Source of the DNA: an uncultured Leptospirales bacterium
GTDB lineage: Bacteria; Spirochaetota; UBA4802; UBA5550
Assembly (NCBI GenBank): GCA_964529415.1
Contig: CAZGWD010000002.1
Coordinates: 222,089-286,088 of the forward strand
DNA: 64,000 bases
Direction: 5' to 3'
Shown here: piece by piece, positions 58,864-64,000 of the stretch
How positions within the stretch are numbered: position 1 is the stretch's first letter
Layout of the letters: each line of letters begins with the position of its first letter
Position numbers and translations under genes: made by a program
Notes under the pieces: model-generated
Databases searched by the model: none
What the model saw: only the letters and a program-made list of their open reading frames with translations
What the model was told of the DNA's origin: nothing

Positions 58864-60183
58864 ATGAAATATAAAACCTTCTACATTGAAACATTCGGCT
58901 GCCAGATGAATAAAAACGATTCCGAGCTGATCTCTCTATCCATGCTGGAACACGGATTTACTGAAACATCAGTGGAAGAGGATGCAGACATTATAATTTT
59001 CAACGGATGCTCGGTAAGGGAAAACGCGGAGTCGCGTGCTGTTTCAAGAATCCGGTCAGTTAAGAACAGAAAAGAAAAGATTGTCGTGGCAGCAGGCTGC
59101 ACAGCCCAGAGGATCGGGAAAGAAATCATTGAAAAGAAAAAAGCGACAATTGTAGTTGGACCTTATCAGGCACCGGAAGCAGGAAAAATAATTTCTGATT
59201 ATATAGCAAAACGCAATTCACCGAAAATATACCTCTCCCAGGATAAAAAAGATTTTCAGGGAAGATTAAATTCCGGTATTGCGGAACATAGAAGGGAACA
59301 TCCCTGGCATGCGTGGGTTACGATAACGCACGGCTGCGGGAACAACTGTACATACTGTATTGTACCTGAAGTAAGAGGAAATCTCATTTCTTTCCCGTCT
59401 TCTGAAATCATTGAATTTATAAAAACCTTAACAGGAACAGGGGTAAGGGAAATTACCCTGCTCGGGCAGAATGTAAATCAGTACGGCCAGGACCTGAATG
59501 ATATTACATTTAACAGCCTGCTTGAAAAATGCACGCGAATTGACAGCATTGAGAGAATTCATTTCATGACTTCACATCCCAGAGATTTCAGTGCTGACAT
59601 TATAGACACCATTGCAGGAAATGAAAAAATTTCAAAATCAATTCATCTTCCGCTGCAGAGCGGCTCAAATAAAATTCTCGCTGCGATGAACAGAGGGTAT
59701 ACCATTGAAAAATATATTGAGATAACAGATATACTGAAAAAGAAAATAAATGATTATTCCATTACAACTGATTTCATAGTAGGATTTCCAGGCGAGACCG
59801 ACAGAGATTTCAGAGACACGATAGATGCAGTTAAAAAAATTCAGTTCCACGATGCGTTTATGTTTGCCTATTCGCCGAGAAGCGGAACACCCGCTGCAGC
59901 GCTTAAAGAAACACTGACCAAAGAACAAAAACAGGAAAGACTCGGCGAGCTCATTGACATACAGAGAGTGATATCACATGAAAAGCTCGTAAGCAGAATC
60001 GGCCGCATAGATGAGGCAACAGCAGAAAGAGCAAGCAGACGCTCTCCGGGAAAACTCATGGGGAAAACAAATCTTAATCACCCTGTTATATTCGAGGGAG
60101 TTGAGAGCGATATCGGGAAAAACCTGAAAATAAAAATCAACGGCGTTAAGGGCTCATCTCTTCAGGGGAGCAAAGTCCCTTGA
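58864..60183 (+). CDS. miaB: tRNA-2-methylthio-N6-dimethylallyladenosine synthase (MiaB-family radical-SAM methylthiotransferase)
   Basis: FYIETFGCQMNKNDSE N-terminal MTTase domain, radical-SAM CGNNCTYC, and a C-terminal TRAM domain; 439 aa. Confidence 0.8.
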   Translation: MKYKTFYIETFGCQMNKNDSELISLSMLEHGFTETSVEEDADIIIFNGCSVRENAESRAVSRIRSVKNRKEKIVVAAGCTAQRIGKEIIEKKKATIVVGPYQAPEAGKIISDYIAKRNSPKIYLSQDKKDFQGRLNSGIAEHRREHPWHAWVTITHGCGNNCTYCIVPEVRGNLISFPSSEIIEFIKTLTGTGVREITLLGQNVNQYGQDLNDITFNSLLEKCTRIDSIERIHFMTSHPRDFSADIIDTIAGNEKISKSIHLPLQSGSNKILAAMNRGYTIEKYIEITDILKKKINDYSITTDFIVGFPGETDRDFRDTIDAVKKIQFHDAFMFAYSPRSGTPAAALKETLTKEQKQERLGELIDIQRVISHEKLVSRIGRIDEATAERASRRSPGKLMGKTNLNHPVIFEGVESDIGKNLKIKINGVKGSSLQGSKVP

Positions 60184-60205
60184 AAAGCACAGCTGCGCAA
60201 AAGCA

Positions 60206-61327
60206 ATGAAACCAATTATAAAAAAAATATTAATTCTGATATTATCATTTACTGTTACCGCTTCCGCAAAAGACAAACCGGATATGGAATTATTTAATAA
60301 AATAAAAAGCTCTACAGATAAAAGGGAAACAGCTGAAAATCTTTCAGCCCGGTTTTTAAAAAATTTTCCTGACAGCGTTTATGTTCCGGACGTTAAAATG
60401 ATCCTGGCTGATATCGACCCTCACCCTTCTTCTGCAGTTAAAAAATACAGGGCTGTAATTGATAAATACAAAAACTACAGTAAAAAGGATACTGCATATT
60501 TAAAAATTTCAGAGATACTGCATATTCAATCCAGATGGGATGAGCTTTTAAAAATATCATCAGAGGCATTAAGAAAATTTCCTCAAAGCGGATACACTGT
60601 CAGCTTCAGGGTTTTTTCTGTTTTGTCTCTTCTCAATTCAGGAAGGTTCGATGAAGCAGACAGGGCATGCAGAATTTTAAATAACGAAAATCACGGGTAT
60701 GAAGATTTAGCCTCGTCTCTGATTATAATGTCTTACATAATTAAAAATGAAACCGGCCATTCAAAGGAATATTTTTCGCTATTATCGGAACTTGCAGCAG
60801 GGTTCAGCTCATCAACGAACCATCCTGTAATACTGTATCTCCTTGCCGATTATTATGAATCGAGGAAAAACTACAATAAGGCTTACAGCGCGTATTCCGA
60901 TATTATTGGACTTTATCCAAAGTCTCCTGAAGCATCCATATCCTCAGAAAGAATAAAAAAAATTCAGAAATTTAACCCGAAAAAAACAGCGTACCTTCCG
61001 GAAAATAATTATAAAGAAGATTCAACTTCAATAGACATTAAGCCCGAGAATGAAATTGACAATTCAGATCCTGAAACATATTATTCTGTATCTGTCGGAA
61101 GTTTTTTTGATAAAAAAGAAACTCTGGAAATAAAAAAAATTACCGACAAAATTGGCGACTCGGTAACAGTTAAAGTAAAAAACGGATATATTATTTATCT
61201 TGGAAGATACTCCACACAGGATGAGGTCATTACAGCCAAGATCCGTCTTGCCGAGGAATACGGAATTAATGGAAACATAGTTCGCGTATCCGGCGGCAAA
61301 GATAAACGATATATATACGGAGAATGA
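60206..61327 (+). CDS. TPR-like repeat protein with a C-terminal SPOR (peptidoglycan-binding) domain
   Basis: Signal peptide, helical-repeat body, and C-terminal YSVSVGSF...YIIYLGRYSTQDEV... Confidence 0.55.
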   Translation: MKPIIKKILILILSFTVTASAKDKPDMELFNKIKSSTDKRETAENLSARFLKNFPDSVYVPDVKMILADIDPHPSSAVKKYRAVIDKYKNYSKKDTAYLKISEILHIQSRWDELLKISSEALRKFPQSGYTVSFRVFSVLSLLNSGRFDEADRACRILNNENHGYEDLASSLIIMSYIIKNETGHSKEYFSLLSELAAGFSSSTNHPVILYLLADYYESRKNYNKAYSAYSDIIGLYPKSPEASISSERIKKIQKFNPKKTAYLPENNYKEDSTSIDIKPENEIDNSDPETYYSVSVGSFFDKKETLEIKKITDKIGDSVTVKVKNGYIIYLGRYSTQDEVITAKIRLAEEYGINGNIVRVSGGKDKRYIYGE

Positions 61328-61366
61328 AAATTATTTACTTGATAAAAGAATCGACCGAAGGAAAAT

Positions 61367-61407
61367 ACCCCCTCTACCCTGCGGGCATCTCCCCCTTGGT
61401 AAGAGGG
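61367..61407 (-). repeat. G-rich hairpin repeat, inverted copy with an 11-nt insertion
   Basis: The reverse complement CCCTCTTACCAAGGGGGAGATGCCCGCAGGGTAGAGGGGGT aligns to the family consensus. Confidence 0.5.
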
Positions 61408-61441
61408 AGAATCAACTTAATACAGAATTAATTGATTAATT

Positions 61442-61900
61442 TTGCTCGAAAACACTTTCCCCCTTACCAAGGGGGATGAAAGGGGGTTTTTGGTGACTCT
61501 AGTTTACAATAGAAAGACCGAAAAAGAAAAACGTAGAATTTTAAGAAATGACATGACAATTGCAGAAAATACTATCTGGCTGGAATTAAAGGAAAAAAAA
61601 TTTAATGGAATAAAGTTCAGAAGGCAATTCAGTATAGGCCCATATATTGCAGATTTTTATTCACCAAAAATGAAACTTGTAATTGAAATAGACGGCAGTT
61701 CACATTCTGAAATTGATGCTATAGAATATGATGAAGTAAGAAATAAATATATTGAGTCATTAGGAATAACAATCATCCGTTTCAAAAATTATGATGTTAT
61801 GAATAACATGGAAACAGTACTTGATATATTAAAACAAAAGATTCAAAGTCTCCCCCCTTACCAAGGGGGGACGGAAGGGGGGTATGACAATAGATTCTAA
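61442..61900 (+). CDS. DUF559 endonuclease-like protein (Vsr/restriction-endonuclease-like fold)
   Basis: RRILRNDMTIAENTIWLELK...FRRQFSIGPYIADFY...LVIEIDGSSH...IIRFKNYDV. The likely real start is the GTG at 61493, after an AAGGGGGT SD supplied by the flanking repeat. Both ends of the track ORF are translated from G-rich repeat copies. Confidence 0.7.
   Translation: MLENTFPLTKGDERGFLVTLVYNRKTEKEKRRILRNDMTIAENTIWLELKEKKFNGIKFRRQFSIGPYIADFYSPKMKLVIEIDGSSHSEIDAIEYDEVRNKYIESLGITIIRFKNYDVMNNMETVLDILKQKIQSLPPYQGGTEGGYDNRF
61457..61487 (+). repeat. G-rich hairpin repeat (TTCCCCCTTACCAAGGGGGATGAAAGGGGGT). It supplies the SD for the DUF559 gene.
   Basis: Direct repeat of 61851-61883. Confidence 0.6.
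61851..61883 (+). repeat. G-rich hairpin repeat (TCCCCCCTTACCAAGGGGGGACGGAAGGGGGGT). It supplies the SD for mutS.
   Basis: Direct repeat of 61457-61487, ending 1 nt before the mutS ATG. Confidence 0.6.
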
Positions 61901-64000
61901 AATGACACCGATGATGAAACAGTACTTTGAGATTAAAAAGAATCATCAGAGCGAAATACTGTTTTTCAGAATGGGCGACTTCTACGAAATGTTTTTTGAG
62001 GATGCTGTAATTGCATCCAAGATACTCGACATTGCGTTAACGTCGCGTCAGAATGATGTTCCCATGTGCGGAATTCCATATCATGCTGCAGAAAGCTATC
62101 TTGTGAGACTCATCAAGGCCGGAAAGCGCGTTGCTATCTGCGAGCAGCTTGAAACCGTTCCTACAACCGGAACTATTGTAAGAAGAGAAGTTGTAAGGAT
62201 AATCACACCCGGCACTGTTGTTGAATCAAACATGCTCCAGGGAGATGACAATAATTTTCTTGCATCAATTATAATTACTGCAGATGAAATCGGCCTTGCG
62301 TTTGTTGACATATCAACCGGGGATTTTTTCATCATATCCGGCAAAAAATCCATTGATGTTTTCCGCGGGGAAATATCGCGCTTCAACCCGGGTGAAGCAG
62401 TTCTGCATACCGACTCCCCTGATGAGGATATTTTCATAGAATATATTAAACTGAAAAATATTCCAATATACAGAATCAACGACTGGCTATACGACAGAAA
62501 TTATATGGAAAAAGTTATTCTCGGAGCATACGGGATTAATAATATAAAAGGCCTTGGCCTTACGAGCGATATTGAAATTGTTACTGCAGGAGCTGCTCTT
62601 CAGTATCTCATTGAAACGCAGAAAAAAACACTAAGCCATATCAAATATCCGAAAAAAATTTCAACTGCAGACAGGATGATCCTTGATGATGCAGCCATAA
62701 GCAGCCTTGAGATTACATCAAACCAGCAGGATGGATCCAGAAACAGAACGATTTTTTCCATTCTCAATAAAACGAAAACACCAATGGGAAGACGCGCTCT
62801 TGAACGGAACCTGCTCGAGCCTCTTTTAAATCAGAATGAAATTGAAAAAAGGCTCGAACTTGTGCAGTATTTTTTTGAGTTCCACAGTTTTACCGGACAG
62901 ATTCAGGAAAGATTAGACGGCATCTATGATCTGGAAAGACTCATATCCAGATTCACAATCAACAAGCCTATGCCGAGAAATTTTATAGCATTGAAAAATT
63001 CCATTAATGAATCTCTCAAAATAAAACAGCTCCTGTTAAACCAGCCAGTTGATAATCTTCATTTAATTGCAGAAAAAATTCCGGATATCAGCAGCCTTGC
63101 TGAATATATTGAAAAAGCTGTGGATGATGATCCGGCAATCAGCCCGGAAAACGGCAGGGTTATAAGAGCCGGTTTTAATCCTGATCTTGACAGACTCTAT
63201 GAATTAAAGGAAAACGCAAATGCCTGGATTTTAAAATATCAGGAAACTGAAAAAATACGCCTGAACATCCCCACACTTAAAGTTAAATACAATAAAATAA
63301 TCGGATATTATATTGAGATCACTAAAGCCCAGAGCGCGGGAATTCCGGCTGACTACTACAGAAAACAGACTCTGCTCGGAGCTGAAAGATATACAACAGA
63401 TAAGCTCAGGGAATTTGAAACTGATGTTCTGTCATCATCGGAAAAAATCATATCTCTTGAAAAAAAAGAAATAGAAAATATCCGCATTGAAATTCTGAAA
63501 AACAGGGAAGCGCTTCAGCTTGCCGCATCTGGTGTAGCTGAAACCGACTTCCTATGCTCGCTTGCATCATCAGCAATAGAAAATAAATTCATACGCCCTG
63601 TTTTTACAAATGACGGATCAACCAGAATTACAGACGGACGCCACCCTGTTGTAGAAAAATATTATACTAAAGAAATATTTATTCCAAACGACATTTACTT
63701 TGATTCAGAAAAAAGCCTCATTAAAATTATCACAGGTCCGAACATGTCCGGCAAATCAACCTATATCAGAATGGCTGCTGTAATTCAGCTCATGGCGCAG
63801 GTTGGTTCATTTGTTCCGGCATCATCAGCTGAAATTTCAATTGTGGACAGAATATTCACCAGGATAGGCGCATCAGACAATATCTCCAGAGGTGAATCAA
63901 CTTTTCTTGTTGAGATGAATGAGACAGCAGGCATACTTAACGGAGCAACTGATAGAAGCCTTATAATCATGGACGAGATCGGCAGAGGCACAAGCACGTA
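61884..64000 (+). CDS. mutS: DNA mismatch repair protein MutS, N-terminal ~700 aa; the gene continues past the window end
   Basis: MTIDSKMTPMMKQYFEIKKNHQSEILFFRMGDFYEMF N-terminus. The open frame runs to position 64000 through ...GPNMSGKSTY...IMDEIGRGTST (Walker A/B). It is absent from the ORF track because there is no in-window stop. Confidence 0.9.
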   Translation, partial: MTIDSKMTPMMKQYFEIKKNHQSEILFFRMGDFYEMFFEDAVIASKILDIALTSRQNDVPMCGIPYHAAESYLVRLIKAGKRVAICEQLETVPTTGTIVRREVVRIITPGTVVESNMLQGDDNNFLASIIITADEIGLAFVDISTGDFFIISGKKSIDVFRGEISRFNPGEAVLHTDSPDEDIFIEYIKLKNIPIYRINDWLYDRNYMEKVILGAYGINNIKGLGLTSDIEIVTAGAALQYLIETQKKTLSHIKYPKKISTADRMILDDAAISSLEITSNQQDGSRNRTIFSILNKTKTPMGRRALERNLLEPLLNQNEIEKRLELVQYFFEFHSFTGQIQERLDGIYDLERLISRFTINKPMPRNFIALKNSINESLKIKQLLLNQPVDNLHLIAEKIPDISSLAEYIEKAVDDDPAISPENGRVIRAGFNPDLDRLYELKENANAWILKYQETEKIRLNIPTLKVKYNKIIGYYIEITKAQSAGIPADYYRKQTLLGAERYTTDKLREFETDVLSSSEKIISLEKKEIENIRIEILKNREALQLAASGVAETDFLCSLASSAIENKFIRPVFTNDGSTRITDGRHPVVEKYYTKEIFIPNDIYFDSEKSLIKIITGPNMSGKSTYIRMAAVIQLMAQVGSFVPASSAEISIVDRIFTRIGASDNISRGESTFLVEMNETAGILNGATDRSLIIMDEIGRGTST

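Noticed and set aside
62096-62479. 127-aa minus-strand ORF
   Set aside because: It lies entirely within, and antisense to, the long mutS reading frame. The mutS frame is absent from the ORF track only because it lacks an in-window stop.

Overview
This is a low-GC (~38%) bacterial chromosomal segment made up mostly of core-metabolism genes. It opens with a colinear haem-biosynthesis operon on the minus strand (hemA-hemC-hemD-hemB-hemL-hemE-hemN, with hemN running off the window start). Next come a PP-loop ATPase, a tRNA-Arg, dprA, a U32 peptidase, hisS, bioY, an SDR oxidoreductase, an overlapping MNT/HEPN toxin-antitoxin pair, and thrC-hom. A signalling and housekeeping stretch follows: a FecR-like lipoprotein, a stand-alone receiver, a degenerate GGDEF membrane protein, a CorC-recO operon, a PP2C phosphatase and purB. 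The most coherent block is 27.3-37.3 kb. It is a sulfate-assimilation locus organised around a protein-thiocarboxylate sulfur-carrier system: a ThiS/HcyS-like carrier with a C-terminal extension, a MetY-type sulfhydrylase, a ThiF-like E1 and a JAMM protease. These are followed by a sulfite reductase fused to a TusA-like domain, a DUF2061 protein, the APS reductase cysH, cysD, a cysN with a degenerate APS-kinase tail, and the siroheme synthase cysG. The second half is rich in sensory proteins. Three 7TMR-DISM receptors carry different outputs (class III cyclase, HD-GYP plus RsbW-like kinase, PP2C/SpoIIE phosphatase), and there is a CHASE2-cyclase paired with a FecR-like protein. Several secreted and outer-membrane proteins, miaB, a TPR-SPOR protein and a DUF559 endonuclease-like gene follow, and a 5' partial mutS runs off the window end. 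Non-coding findings include three small repeat families. One is a ~105-nt element with GGAAAGTC/GACTTTCC termini and an internal AAAGCArCTATAATT box. One is a purine-rich MITE-like element. One is a G-rich hairpin repeat that flanks the DUF559 gene and supplies ribosome-binding sites. There is also a 13-bp perfect palindrome upstream of the sulfur operon, and a recombination scar at 57.2-57.7 kb where a chimeric miaB-5'/peptidase-3' pseudo-ORF and ~165-bp direct repeats bracket the 7TMR-DISM-PP2C gene. No CRISPR array, rRNA or recognisable transposase/integrase gene was seen.
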